Numbered from the stretch's first letter, positions 1-11,062 are shown. The stretch: DNA of 64,000 nt from Pelagomonas calceolata (GCA_918797485.1 CAKKNE010000004.1:806001-870000), one strand, 5' to 3'. Translations and numbers: made by a program. The notes: generated by a model not told the origin, from the letters alone.

Positions 1-1023
1 CTTGTACTGGTGCACAGGGCCGTCACACAACCTAACATGGACCACGACGTCGTCACTGTCTGGTCGCTCCTCTAAATCACCATCTTGGACCCGCATCGCG
101 TCTCGCAATTGCGGTCGTAGACCAGCATACAACGAGTAGCGCTGCCAGTACCCTAGCAACGAAATACATTGCGTGTCGTCCTGGAGCGACGAAGCGAAGT
201 TCTGCACCTGCTTCGGGAAAGCCAACCGTCGAGAATCCGCCGGCCGCTCCACAAGTAGTAAAGTCCCTTTCTCCCTATACTGACTTTCCACAGGTATCAA
301 CGGCGCACATTTCGCGTCGGCGTCCGCTTGGTAGCCGAGCGACGCCTTCCCAAACACGTCCGTGAAGGCCTTCCAGCCCTCGATCGTGTGCGGCGCGACG
401 CGCTGCGGTTTTACGGGCCCCTCGTCCTCGCGCATCTTGCGCGCCGCGAACGCCGCCCCGGCATCGAGCGCCACGAGCTTGCCGAAGGCCCACTGGAACA
501 ATTGATTGCCCAGGCCGTTGTGGTGGATGGCCACGACTATTTTTTTGGCATGCTGATCTGCGGCGGGCGGCCGCCACGTCGTCGCGTCGAAGGCGCAGGC
601 CGCGTCGATGGCGCCCAGGTGGGCGTCGCGCTTCGACGAGGCCGGGCCTCGATGATGCGCGGCTTCCAAGACTAACAGTGCTCGGCAGAGGAATCCGCCT
701 CTGTCCAAAGCGGTTTTGGTGAGTGGTCTCGCGGATGCGGAGGCCACGACGCGCTGGCAGCCTCTCGCATCTCGTCGACTTAAAGATGGTAAGGTGCAGC
801 GTTTATTCACGGGCGGCCGTTGGACAGAAGGCGTCTGGAGGAGTTGGGCGGCCGCTCGGGCCAGAGCGTGGGCATCTTCCAGGGTCCTAGCTTCCAGCAC
901 CTTCCGCGCGAGCTGGACGGCGCGGCCTTCTCGTGTAACGGGCTTCTCCTTTTTTTGCGACGAGCCGAACCACGACCTCTTCTCGGCCGCCGCCGCGGCC
1001 ACCAGGAGCAGCACGGCCCTCAT
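1..1023 (-). CDS. Alpha-1,2-fucosyltransferase-like (GT11 family), runs off the left edge
   Basis: Hand translation from ATG 1023 (MRAVLLLVAAAAA signal/anchor) is open to base 1. It contains the GT11 motifs HNGLGNQLFQWA, LLGYWQ and VVHVRLCD. It is absent from the ORF track because there is no stop in the window. Confidence 0.85.
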   Translation of the reverse strand, partial: MRAVLLLVAAAAAEKRSWFGSSQKKEKPVTREGRAVQLARKVLEARTLEDAHALARAAAQLLQTPSVQRPPVNKRCTLPSLSRRDARGCQRVVASASARPLTKTALDRGGFLCRALLVLEAAHHRGPASSKRDAHLGAIDAACAFDATTWRPPAADQHAKKIVVAIHHNGLGNQLFQWAFGKLVALDAGAAFAARKMREDEGPVKPQRVAPHTIEGWKAFTDVFGKASLGYQADADAKCAPLIPVESQYREKGTLLLVERPADSRRLAFPKQVQNFASSLQDDTQCISLLGYWQRYSLYAGLRPQLRDAMRVQDGDLEERPDSDDVVVHVRLCDGPVHQYK

Positions 1024-1153
1024 TTGCGGTCCTCAATGCGGCATGCTGCCCCGCGCGCGCGGGCAGCCGTCTTCAGTAGAATGGTACGGACTTCGCGACG
1101 AGCGATGCCGCTGCGACGGCTCGCTGCGGCTGCGCGCAAATTTTCCTGGCTTT

Positions 1154-1172
1154 CTAGTGTCTTACCGCTAGC
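1154..1172 (+). promoter_or_regulatory. Bipartite CTAG motif between the divergent GT11 and TruD genes
   Basis: CTAGTGTCTTACCGCTAGC. Confidence 0.6.
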
Positions 1173-1311
1173 TTGCCATTATTTCGAGGGCTGGAGCTTG
1201 TTGAGCCTGCTGAAGATCTAACCTACACCGGTATAGGTTGATCAGTGGTCGTTAGGCACCGCACTCACACCAGCCCTACGAGGACGCGACTCGTTCGGAA
1301 CACTTCGCGCT

Positions 1312-3135
1312 GTGTCGGAGCCAGCTCGACTGCCTGTTGCAGCCTCCCGGCACGACGCGACGCGCCGTGGCCACGTGACGCCGTCGCGTGAAAGAACCCT
1401 GGACGCGCTCGCCGCGCTCGAAGCCGCAGCCCGGCCGCCGCCACCGATGACGTCCTGGTGGTGCGCCGGCGGCGAGCCTTATACCGCGTGCGGCCTCTTC
1501 GAAGGTCATGTGGACGCCAACGCGCCCGCGTCGCCGTCGAAAACGACTCACATCGAGCTCGAGTTCGTCGAGCTGCCGAAACGCGACGGCGAGGTCGAGG
1601 TCGAGATGCAGGACATGGGTCAGTCGTGGATGCAGCCTCCGTCGCAACTCCCCTATGCTACAAGTACCGAAGGTGTCGGCGGACGATTGAAAGCGAAACC
1701 CGAGCACTTCCGCGTCACCGAATTGTTGAGAAGTGCACCAGACGGCAAAAAAGATAGGGGCGACGCCTGCCACTACGTCCTCAGAATACGCAGACAAAAC
1801 CGCACGACCGAGTGGGTCCGTAGGAGGTTGCAGGAGGCCTTTGGTTTATCATCCTACAGGGACGTCGGCGTCTGCGGTCAAAAGGACAAGCGTGCAGTAA
1901 TCGTCCAGCACTTCTCCGTGCCGTCCTTCTCGCCGAAATTCGAACGGAACGTGCCGCTCGGCGAGTGCAAGATGCTGGCGCCGTGTCGCGGTGATTTAGA
2001 AGTGTTGGAAGTGATGGTGTCGTCCACCAAGTTGCGACGTGGTTCTCATCGGTCGAACGCGTTCCAGGTCGTGCTGTCGGGTGTGGATCGCGACGCGCTG
2101 GAGGCTTGCGAGCTCACTTTGAAGAGACTGCAGTTCACTGGCGTGCCGAACTACTTCGGGCCGCAGCGCTTTGTATGGATGCGGCGTCCTTCCTTCGACG
2201 GGGCGATGGCATCGTCGTGAGACCACGTCGGCTCGCCGGCGTCGACGCGATGCCGCGTCGCCGCGACGCTATCGACGCGGCCGCACGAGAGTCTCTCCGC
2301 GCTGCCGCGACGCTGTCGACGCTGCGACACAAGAGTCTCCACACAGGGCAAGGGCTGCGCGACAGCTTTACGAGGCTACAAGGACCTGAAAAAGCTCGAG
2401 GCTACGTCCGGGGCTGAACGAAGGAAGCTGCGGAACTCGTTACGGCACGAGCCTATGAAAAAGTTCGCGTGCGAGGCCTTCGCGTCGTCCGTCTTCAACT
2501 GCTACGTCGCCGAGCGCTTGCGGCAGGAGACCTTCGATGCTAGGTTAGAAGGTGATTTAACCTCAAGGAAGGGGTTGGGTGGTGGGTCTGCCACGGCGCG
2601 GGAGACCCTTACTGGACCTCTCATTGGTCGAGATCTACTGAAGCCTGCCGAGGGCACGAAGAGTGCTCTGTTCGAGAGTCAAGTACTGGAGAAGATTGAC
2701 CTGAACGAGGAGACTGTGGCTTCTGTCCTCGAAGGGAAGAGGAGGATCGCACGCCTGCCGGTGCCTGACGTCCAGGTGTCACAACATGACGAGGGCGTGT
2801 TGTTTGAATTCTCGCTACCGGTCGGTTGCTATGCCACGTCCGTTTTGAGAGAGTTCGCCAAGTGCGACCTATCATCAACCTGCGACTCCGGTGATGATAG
2901 TGATGGAGACCGCACGGTCGAGGCGGAGCCTGTGATAGAACGAAATGGCAAAAAGGGCGTTAGGTTTGCGGCGTCGCGGGCGGAAGCGGGCCGCGGCCGG
3001 CGCTTAGAAAGGTGGCTCGTCGACAAGGAGGGCAAGCGGGGCGACCCGCCGCGGCTCAAGGCGAAGAAGAAGGTGAACGGCGAGGTGCGGAAGCGTCGGG
3101 CGAAGAAGACGGTGGACTACGACGAGGTGACCTAA
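1312..3135 (+). CDS. TruD/PUS7-family pseudouridine synthase, 2 exons (1312-2172, 2347-3135); start uncertain (first ATG 1447)
   Basis: Motifs LKAKPEHFRVTE, catalytic GQKDKRA and FEFSLPVGCYATSVLRE. Removing GT-AG intron 2173-2346 restores NYFGPQRF|G in frame with ORF 2455..3135. Confidence 0.9.
2173..2346 (+). mobile_element. Introner-like intron in TruD (174 bp)
   Basis: GTATGG...CTCCACACAG. The 3' end resembles the introner TIR end (TTCCACACAG). Internal cgtcgacgcgatg-type palindromes; CGGCGTCC at +10. Confidence 0.75.
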
Positions 3136-3174
3136 CTTTTGGTTTTGTAGCAAGTACACAAAAGAACATTTATC

Positions 3175-4431
3175 CTACCACTCCGAGAACGACGCGCGCG
3201 CGAGCACCGCGTCGTCGTAGAACTCGCCGACCTCAGGGAACTGGGCAGGCTCCCAAAACCCCTTGGGCAAGACGCCGTCGTCCTCCCACGGCTCGAGGGC
3301 CGTCCACCCATGACGGCCCCCCATCGACCAAGACACTGACTTTTCATCGATCTTGATGTGCACTTGGACGCCCGCCGGCACATGGCGCTGAATAAGCGCC
3401 ACGTACTGCGATCGTGTCAAGTTCGGTATCTTTGTACTCTGCAAAACCAAGACGAGCGCCTTGAGCGAGCGAGGCGCATGGGCGAACACCGAGTAATTAC
3501 TTTCGTCGGCCCACGTGTCGTACTCGGAGTCCAGCTGTAATATCAATATTTCGAGAACGGGACAGATCGCATGAACTCGAGTAAAAGCAGTTTGAAGCTG
3601 GTACAATGGCAAAAAGGACTCCCAGAGCTCTAGAAGGGTCATGTGAGGAAATAAGCCGGCCGGGGTTGATGCATGAACGATATCTGCCAACCCTAGCGTT
3701 CTAAGCTCAACAAGTTGCGCGGCTTGCTCGCGGTCCATGAGCGTCCTAGTTTGAACCATGTCCGCTGGTACACCTTCGGGCGCGAGGAGAGCATACGAGG
3801 AGTATTGCCCGGATTGGTCTGGCCGCAGGAAGAGGTCCGCGCCGATCCCGGCTAACTCGAGGCGACGGAGATTCGGGAACTTCTTGTAGAGTGCGCGGGG
3901 CTGCTGACCGTACAGAAAAGACTCCTCGGTCCCTTGCCACCCGTTCCATTCAAGGAAGGGCGCGACGAGACATCCGGCACCAAACAAGGGGCTGAGCGCG
4001 GCTGCCTCGTCATCGTAGTGTTGCAAACATTTGGTGGCGAACAATATATCAATGGTGACCTTCTGCAGACGGGAGAAGCGCTGTCCTGCCAGGCCGCGCC
4101 CGAGCGAGTACGGTGGTTTGTCCCGGGACGCACATTCTGTAAATTCCACGTGGCGCGTGTGCCGCTCGACCGCCAGCCGCAGCTGCTGCGGGGCGCGCTC
4201 CCACGCAGAGACAAGGCAATGATCGTCGTCACCGAGTGGCAAGTTTATCGCGAGCGTCAGCGTCCGCCAGTGCACGGGCGCAGCGTGAGCTTTCAACCAG
4301 GCCTTGTTCAGGCACCAGCGCCGCGCGGCGATGTCGTTGAGCGTGCACAGGTACTCGAGGACGTGCGCGAGGACATCGTCTGGCAAGGAGGCCTGCTGGT
4401 GCTCGGCTGCCATCGGCGCAGGACTCGCCAT
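3175..4431 (-). CDS. F-box-like protein with LRR-like C-terminal region
   Basis: N-terminal SLPDDVLAHVLEYL...CLNKAW F-box pattern; LRRLEL and LEILIL repeats. Confidence 0.65.
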   Translation of the reverse strand: MASPAPMAAEHQQASLPDDVLAHVLEYLCTLNDIAARRWCLNKAWLKAHAAPVHWRTLTLAINLPLGDDDHCLVSAWERAPQQLRLAVERHTRHVEFTECASRDKPPYSLGRGLAGQRFSRLQKVTIDILFATKCLQHYDDEAAALSPLFGAGCLVAPFLEWNGWQGTEESFLYGQQPRALYKKFPNLRRLELAGIGADLFLRPDQSGQYSSYALLAPEGVPADMVQTRTLMDREQAAQLVELRTLGLADIVHASTPAGLFPHMTLLELWESFLPLYQLQTAFTRVHAICPVLEILILQLDSEYDTWADESNYSVFAHAPRSLKALVLVLQSTKIPNLTRSQYVALIQRHVPAGVQVHIKIDEKSVSWSMGGRHGWTALEPWEDDGVLPKGFWEPAQFPEVGEFYDDAVLARASFSEW

Positions 4432-4870
4432 AGCTGGCTTGGCGTGCTGAGGCTGTTGGCAGGACTGAAAGCAATCGCAAACAAGCGTGAGGAGTCAGCG
4501 CCGCGCCAGCAACCACGCGAGCCAAAAAGTCGTGCTAGAGTAGAGAGACACACTAGTTTTGCTTGCGGCCACAACTCAGTGCGGCCGCTGCGGGCACATC
4601 TAGACGTGCGCGAGCCTGCACATTCTCGCTCGGAGCGCTCTGACAGCGCACAGAGCCCGTTCACGCACGCGCGGCGCGAAAAGACCGCGGAGAGCGCCGG
4701 AGGAAGCGGAGAGCTGTACCTTCAGGCGCTGCGAGTATCACGCGTACGCACGTCAAGACGTCCTCAAAAAGCCACGCCACGGCGCGCTGAGACCTCCAGA
4801 AGCCACGCGCTGACCGAGGAGCAATTTCAAGAAGAAGGCGCGCCGCACTCGACGGCGAGGATCACCGGAG

Positions 4871-7800
4871 ATGGCCTTCCTCGCGTCCTTCTTGCGGACG
4901 CTGACGCTCGCCTTCGCGGCGTTACATTTTTTGGACCCGGCACCGCTGGGCCGGGGCCCGCGCGCGCCGCGCGTCGACCCGCGCCAGTGCGCCACGCGCT
5001 CCAAGGAGCGCGCGGCGCGCGCGGCGCTCTGGCAGCGCGCGAAGGCGAACACCTGGGCGCGCCTCACGAGCTTTTATGAAGGCATCAAGGCGGAGCTCGC
5101 GCGGCGGTCCCGATGCTGGGCCGCGGCGCCGGATTTGATTCCGGCCGCGCGGTGCTTCTGGCGCGCGGAGCTGCCGCTCCCTCCGTCCGACGAGGAGAGG
5201 CGGTCCGTGCGGGAGTTGCTGCGGTTCGCCAATATTACGGGGAAGCTGGCCCGCGAGACGAAGCGCGACGTCTTCCGGAAGATGCGAGACGAGGACCTAG
5301 CCCGGAGGGGGGCGCGCGCGTCGCAGCTCTCGCCCGACTACGAGGCGGCGACGACGGAAGTATGGCGCCATATCAGAGCGACGCCCCGCGGCGCGCCCAA
5401 CACTACGGACGTGCGGGCCTGGGCGGACAAAGTCGGCGAGTGGGGTCCTGAATGGCTCGCGACCTTCGCTCAGCGCTCCAACGCAACCCTCTTGGAGGAC
5501 AAGCAAGCCATCGCCGCCGCGGAGCTCGCGTTCCACCTCTTCGACCCGGGCCTGCAGCTCAAGGTGACGACGAACCTCACAAAATTGTCCGAAGCGCTCG
5601 CGCGGCCCTTCAATGGGGACTACGCGCCCGTCCGGTTAGGTGTGATACCTCTGCGGGGTCGTAGACAGCGATTGTTCGCGGGCTGGGCGCTCCTGCGCAT
5701 GATGGATCGCGGCGGCGACGCGCGGGACGCGGCCTACGAGGCGTTGAAGAGTCACGCCGGGTCCGTCGCCGAGAGCGTTTTGGACCCGCTGACGCAGTTA
5801 GTGGCTCTCCACATGATCACGCACCTGTCGCAGGACGACGAGGCGGCGAAGTGGATGGCCATCCTGTTTCCCTCTAAACAACTGTGCGCGGCGCTCGAGG
5901 GTTACCTTTTCGACGGCCACGGCGAATGCCGTCGTGAGGAATGGTCTCGCAGTGACGAAGAGAAGGTCTGGCTGCTGGAAGCCGGGTATAGGGCCGTCTG
6001 GGGCCTCGCTTCTAACAGTGGAGCTATGGCGGAGCACTGCGGCCGCGGCCTCGTCGCGGCCATCACGCAGCCGGGGCGGGACTTTTTTCGAGAACGGGAG
6101 CGCGCCGTGGCATTAACTGGCGACGCGTCGGCGCTGACGGCCTACGACTACGAGGCCGCCACTATCAGAAATGCGGCCTTCGCGCTGCGCATACTAGCTA
6201 GAAATGACAAAGCGCGGCGCCACGTCGCGCTTCAGTTAAGCTTACCGGAAGCGGCGACGATCGGCGATATTGATGAGGCCATCATGGTGGCCTCCGGGGC
6301 CGACGCGGCCTCGGGCCTGGAGAGCGCCTTTGCGTTTGTCGGACGGACGGTGCCGCCGTTCTTGCGGCGGGACGCGCAACGGGCGGTGGCGCGGACGCGC
6401 GTGGCCTGGCACCACCCGGCGCACGCTGCGCCGGCCGTCTACGGGTCCTTGACGGTTGAGTTGCTCGCGGCGGGCTTACTGCGGGCGTCTTGGTTGCGTC
6501 CGTTCCTCGGGAACGAGGCGACGGCGTCCTTAGTGAAGCGGGCGAACGAGCAGGCGCTGTTCTCGGCCGAGGCGCCGAAGCCGGCTTCGAAGCCGGCCGT
6601 GGCGTTGATCCGATGCGGCAAGGATAAGGTCGCCGAGACGTGCGAGGCGTGCCTCTCGCACCAAGGCATGTGCGCCGGCGACTGCACACTTGGGGGCTAC
6701 TTGTCCTTTTCACAAACGAATATGGACTTATGGACCGAGGTACACCCCGAATGGTCCTACGAGGACTATGACCGCGCGGTCCAGGCGCGCTGGGACGCCC
6801 TAGACGAGGACGGCAAACGGATCTTCGGCCGAGATGGCGTCTGCGAGCCGCAGCCCGTGCTGGTCGACTGCGGCGGCGCCCAAGGCCTGGTCGCGGAGTC
6901 GTGCGAGGCGTGCGGGGCGCGCCACGGTATGTGTACAGGTGCCTGTCACTGGGTTCTGCCGGAAACTCCAAAACCCCCGAATTGGCTCCAACGGAAAGCC
7001 GCGGAACTCGGTGCGTATAACCGGAAAAATGCGCCGGGGGTTTACCGCGCATTCGAGTCCGTGGGCCTCGGCGGGTCGGACCGGCTGTACGGACAGCCCG
7101 ACGCGAAGCAAGAGTGCCCCGCCGGGGAAGGCGCCGACGGCGAGTGCCTGTCGACACGCGTCTGCGCGCCGATCCCCTTCCCGCAAAAACCGGAAGAAGA
7201 CACCTGGGCCAAGGCCAAGCAGGGCTTGTCACTCTTCGGCAAGGCCGCAGGCCAGTTCATCAGAGAGACGTGGCCCGCTCTACTTATCTTAGCTATCATA
7301 GCCTTCATACTAATCTCCCAAAGAACAGTAATACAACATGTGCTCCACAAGATGTCAGAAACGTTCTTTGAGCTCTACATCATCGCCTTGACCGATGCTT
7401 GTGTGAGGCACGCGCTGCTCATGGGCGTCGCTATCATTGCCTGGATGCGAGTGGGCGCGCCGTGGCTCCCGTTCATCTTCGCGCCGGTATTTTATGGTAC
7501 TCTGTTGCCTCTATGGTTTTTACTAGCTTGTTGGTTGCTCGTATGCGTGGTAGTACCGGTCTGGGCGGCGCATACGATGCATAGATTTGGAAGAGCTTGT
7601 TATGATGCGTTCAAGCGGCGACGAGCGTCACGAAGAGCGGCGCGCGACGGCCGCAACGCTTTGCATGAAGGTCGCGATGGAGTCGAGGCCGTGCTGGCCG
7701 GCGCGCTGGATGCACAAGGGCCACCACCAGGAGCGATCCATTTAAGAATACGATGCAACGGGGAGGTTGTGTACTTTAAGGTAGGGCTCCAGGTGTCGAT

Positions 7801-9214
7801 CGGTGCGGTCTTCGAGGCCTTTGCGGAACGGAAGCGCGTTGGGGTCGAGGCGTTGCGGTTCCGCGTCGAAGGTGCTGATAGCGATGTGAGTGATACGGTC
7901 CCTACCGTCGGTCAGCTGGGTTTCGCCAATTTAATTTTGATCGACTGCTTTGTCCGCGAGACTGCGGTCTCGGCGGAGGAGGAGCGGCGGCGCATGGCGG
8001 CGGCCGACGCGGCGTCGAGGCCGATGAACGCGGCCGTGGTCGTCGCGACGCCGGAGGAGCTCGCCGCGATCGCGGAGCGGCGCGACGAGCGGCGCGCCGT
8101 CGAGGCCGGGCGGCGCGCGGTGGCCGCCGCCGCGGCGGAGCGGCGCGCGGCGGCCGGCGCCGAGGAGACCAAGGACGGCGAGGCGCCGGCCGCCGCGCCT
8201 GAGGCGGCCGACGCGGCGGCGGCTGCCGAGCTCGACCCCACCGTCGCGGCTTTACTGGCGCACGTCGGCCTCGCGCGCCTCGCGGCCGACTTCGCGCGCG
8301 AGCAGATCGACGCGACGAACATTAAGGACGTCGCGGTCCAAGATCTAGTGGGCCCGCCATTGAACCTCGCGCCCGACGACGCGCGACGACTCGTGGAAGC
8401 GGTGGCCCGCGCGGCGGCTCTCCGGGCGTACCTCGACCGCGCGGAGCTCGGCCACTTGGCGGTGGCGTTGGGTGATAGGACCGTCGAGTCGCTCGCCCAT
8501 CTAACGGCCGAAGAACTGGCCGCGCTAGGCGCCGACGACGCCCAGCGATTACGAGACGCGATCCGCGACCGCCCGCCGGGCCTCCACGACTCCCTCGAAA
8601 GAGTCGAGGCCGCCGTGGATCAAGTAGCTGCCGATTTACACGCGCAGGGCGCGGCGCAGTGGGCCGATTTAGCTGCAGACGTCGCCGCGGAGGCCTCGGA
8701 CGCCATTAAGGGTTGCGCGTCGACTCTATTATTTGTCATTAGTGTCGCGTTGGTGGCGCCCCTGATAGCGATGTGCACGGCTTTGTACATCTTGACCCTG
8801 GAGATCGCACTCGATAGCATTGATCACGTACTGTGCTCATATACGAACGACGTCCACGTCTGGCAACAGGCTCTAGGAAACGCGTGCAACGCTATATTTG
8901 TCTTGACGCTCGCCGGGCCACTACTACAAGCAGAGAGGCGCATGGTCGCGCGCGTGCAAGTTATGGCGGCGCTGGGACCTCTCTTGAGGTGTATAGATTC
9001 ACTCAAACATAGATTGACGCGGCGCGCGGTCGAACGACGAGAGGTGAATGACGGCGACGTCTGCCCCATCTGCCACGAGGAACTTACGGATCAAGAGATG
9101 GGTCCGCTCGCGTTCTGTCGGTGGGGGTGTGGCCGGGCGGTGCACGACGAGTGCGCCAAATTATGGCTGACGAAGTCGGACTCGTGCGTGCTCTGCGGCG
9201 CGGCGTGGTCCTGA
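4871..9214 (+). CDS. 1447-aa multidomain membrane protein with C-terminal RING finger (putative E3 ligase)
   Basis: Signal-like N-terminus, two Cys modules, HMG-box-like segment, several TM helices, SUMO/ubiquitin-like segment (VYFKV...VFEAFAERK...LRFRV), SAM-like repeats and RING CPIC...CRWGCGRAVHDEC...CVLC. Confidence 0.75.
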   Translation: MAFLASFLRTLTLAFAALHFLDPAPLGRGPRAPRVDPRQCATRSKERAARAALWQRAKANTWARLTSFYEGIKAELARRSRCWAAAPDLIPAARCFWRAELPLPPSDEERRSVRELLRFANITGKLARETKRDVFRKMRDEDLARRGARASQLSPDYEAATTEVWRHIRATPRGAPNTTDVRAWADKVGEWGPEWLATFAQRSNATLLEDKQAIAAAELAFHLFDPGLQLKVTTNLTKLSEALARPFNGDYAPVRLGVIPLRGRRQRLFAGWALLRMMDRGGDARDAAYEALKSHAGSVAESVLDPLTQLVALHMITHLSQDDEAAKWMAILFPSKQLCAALEGYLFDGHGECRREEWSRSDEEKVWLLEAGYRAVWGLASNSGAMAEHCGRGLVAAITQPGRDFFRERERAVALTGDASALTAYDYEAATIRNAAFALRILARNDKARRHVALQLSLPEAATIGDIDEAIMVASGADAASGLESAFAFVGRTVPPFLRRDAQRAVARTRVAWHHPAHAAPAVYGSLTVELLAAGLLRASWLRPFLGNEATASLVKRANEQALFSAEAPKPASKPAVALIRCGKDKVAETCEACLSHQGMCAGDCTLGGYLSFSQTNMDLWTEVHPEWSYEDYDRAVQARWDALDEDGKRIFGRDGVCEPQPVLVDCGGAQGLVAESCEACGARHGMCTGACHWVLPETPKPPNWLQRKAAELGAYNRKNAPGVYRAFESVGLGGSDRLYGQPDAKQECPAGEGADGECLSTRVCAPIPFPQKPEEDTWAKAKQGLSLFGKAAGQFIRETWPALLILAIIAFILISQRTVIQHVLHKMSETFFELYIIALTDACVRHALLMGVAIIAWMRVGAPWLPFIFAPVFYGTLLPLWFLLACWLLVCVVVPVWAAHTMHRFGRACYDAFKRRRASRRAARDGRNALHEGRDGVEAVLAGALDAQGPPPGAIHLRIRCNGEVVYFKVGLQVSIGAVFEAFAERKRVGVEALRFRVEGADSDVSDTVPTVGQLGFANLILIDCFVRETAVSAEEERRRMAAADAASRPMNAAVVVATPEELAAIAERRDERRAVEAGRRAVAAAAAERRAAAGAEETKDGEAPAAAPEAADAAAAAELDPTVAALLAHVGLARLAADFAREQIDATNIKDVAVQDLVGPPLNLAPDDARRLVEAVARAAALRAYLDRAELGHLAVALGDRTVESLAHLTAEELAALGADDAQRLRDAIRDRPPGLHDSLERVEAAVDQVAADLHAQGAAQWADLAADVAAEASDAIKGCASTLLFVISVALVAPLIAMCTALYILTLEIALDSIDHVLCSYTNDVHVWQQALGNACNAIFVLTLAGPLLQAERRMVARVQVMAALGPLLRCIDSLKHRLTRRAVERREVNDGDVCPICHEELTDQEMGPLAFCRWGCGRAVHDECAKLWLTKSDSCVLCGAAWS

Positions 9215-9425
9215 TCGTGTTCGTCGCCGCGCCGTCGACGCGGCGTCGGTGGCGTGCCGCAGAGTAGCTACGCGCCCGCCCCACGCCGTCGCCGCAAAGG
9301 CCCCGCGACGGACGCCGGCAACGCGCCTTGCGGGAGGCCTGTACTATAAGTGTTGAAAGATATTAATTACTCGACTCGTAGATGCGGAGTAGTGGCATGA
9401 ATTCTCGCCAGGCGCGTCGCCTGCG

Positions 9426-10031
9426 CTAGCCAGCGCCGGCGCAAGCAGCAAAAATCGCGAAGGGGCAGCAGAAGATGAAGAAACAGACCTGGCAGCAGGC
9501 CGCGTCGCCGGGGCCGATCCACGCGCCGCACGGGTGCGTCGGCTTTTTTTTTATGCCCGCGAGCGGCCGGCCCTCGCGGTCGACGGGCCGCGGCGGCACG
9601 GGGATCGTCAGCGGCGCGCCGGGCGGAACGCCGTGGGGCACCGTCACGTCCAGCGGCCGCCCGTCCGTGAGCGTCACGCGAAAGACCGAGCCTGGGCCCA
9701 GGCCCGGCGGGACATTAACAGTGACGGTCTCCGGTGCAGAGACCGACGCGACGCCCACTCCGGGCTGGCTGACGACGGGCGGCGGTGGGGGCATCACCGG
9801 GGGCGGTGCGGCCGCGACCGGGAAGTGGATCTGATGGCCCGGAGGCGTCCCCGGCGGGACGTTAACCTTAAGAATGCGACCATCAGCAAGCTGGACATGC
9901 ATTATCGACCCGGCGGGGTGCGAGAACGCTTGCATCGTTGGCAGTGGCAGGCTCTCCTGGGCGACCGCCTCCACCGGCACCGCTACCCCTGCATACGGCT
10001 CTGGCTGCATCGGGTAGGCTGCGAACGACAT
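9426..10031 (-). CDS. Pro-rich protein with two V.VPPG modules and Cys-rich hydrophobic C-tail (paralog 1)
   Basis: ATG 10031 (MSFAAYP). Repeats VQLADGRILKVNVPPG and VTLTDGRPLDVTVP; tail CCQVCFFIFCCPF. Confidence 0.75.
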   Translation of the reverse strand: MSFAAYPMQPEPYAGVAVPVEAVAQESLPLPTMQAFSHPAGSIMHVQLADGRILKVNVPPGTPPGHQIHFPVAAAPPPVMPPPPPVVSQPGVGVASVSAPETVTVNVPPGLGPGSVFRVTLTDGRPLDVTVPHGVPPGAPLTIPVPPRPVDREGRPLAGIKKKPTHPCGAWIGPGDAACCQVCFFIFCCPFAIFAACAGAG

Positions 10032-10332
10032 CGGGCAGGCTTTACGCCGTTGACGGCAGCTTGGAGGCCTCGCAGCAATGCACGACCGGCGCACTAGTCG
10101 AACAAAGCCCTTGGGGCAGCCCTGCGACGCGCACGCGAGCTCGCGCTCGATCCTCCCGCGATCCTAGAGTGTCTCACGGGCCACTAGGATTTCCTACACA
10201 TCAGAGCACTGCACGAGCTTTTCAGACTAAGTGTTGTTAAAAAGATTATTACTCTTCGGACACACTAGAATGAATGTGAATTGAACGTTCGAAAAAGGCT
10301 CGGTCGTAGTAGTAACATGAATTCTCGCGGCA

Positions 10333-10968
10333 CTAGTGTTCGCTGACGAATCTGAGAAGCTCGGGTCTGCAGCAAACAATGGCGAGGGGGCAGCAAATCA
10401 AAAAGTAGAGACATTCGCTGAGTGGGCCCGTCTCTCTCCGGCTTCTCCCTAACGGGCGTCCGTCCCGGTCGACGGGGCGCGGCGGAACTGCTACCGTGAG
10501 CGTGCATCCGGGTTGCACACCGGCCGGGACGGTGACATCTAGATCGCGGCCGTCCGTGAGCTTTATCCTGAACACCGCGCCCGGCGCGCTGCCCGGTGGG
10601 ACTTGGATCGTCACCGTCTCGGGCGCATAGACGGGCGGCGGTGGGGGCATCGCCGGGACGCCCGCGCGCGCCATAGGCGGCTGGGGTGCGGGCGCCAACT
10701 GAGGCGGTGCGGCCGTCACCGGAAAGTGGATCTGCCGCCCGGGTGGGGTGCCCGGCGGGACCTGAACGTCGATGATGCGCCCATCGGCGAGTTGCACGCG
10801 CATGATCGAGCCGGTCGGGTGTGCGTAGGCCTGCATCGTCGGCAGTGGCAGGCTCTCGTGGGCGACTGCCTGTACGGGCGCTAGGGGCGCTACAGGCTGC
10901 ATCTCATTGACCGGCACCGCTACAGGCTGCGCTACCCCTGCATACGGCTCTGCCTGCTGCTTCTCCAT
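10333..10968 (-). CDS. Pro-rich protein, tandem paralog 2
   Basis: ATG 10968 (MEKQQAEPY). Closely similar to paralog 1 (ESLPLPTMQA, VQLADGR, VTVP); tail CLYFLICCPLAIVCC. Confidence 0.75.
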   Translation of the reverse strand: MEKQQAEPYAGVAQPVAVPVNEMQPVAPLAPVQAVAHESLPLPTMQAYAHPTGSIMRVQLADGRIIDVQVPPGTPPGRQIHFPVTAAPPQLAPAPQPPMARAGVPAMPPPPPVYAPETVTIQVPPGSAPGAVFRIKLTDGRDLDVTVPAGVQPGCTLTVAVPPRPVDRDGRPLGRSRRETGPLSECLYFLICCPLAIVCCRPELLRFVSEH

Positions 10969-11039
10969 CGGGCAGGCTCGCAGCAACGCACAAAGCCTGT
11001 GGGGCAGCCTGCGGCCGAGCCTGAAATCTTGCACAATTC

Positions 11040-11062
11040 CTAGTGTCTTATAGGCCGCTAGC
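11040..11062 (+). promoter_or_regulatory. Bipartite CTAG motif upstream of ATG 10968
   Basis: CTAGTGTCTTATAGGCCGCTAGC. Confidence 0.6.

Noticed and set aside
559..640. Possible in-frame intron in GT11 (contains cgcgtcgatggcg)
   Set aside because: There is no convincing donor, TIR or TSD, and the frame is open without it; unresolved.
3934..5079. 381-aa plus-strand ORF and many other antisense ORFs in the track
   Set aside because: These are shadow frames of real genes in high-GC DNA, with no domain motifs.
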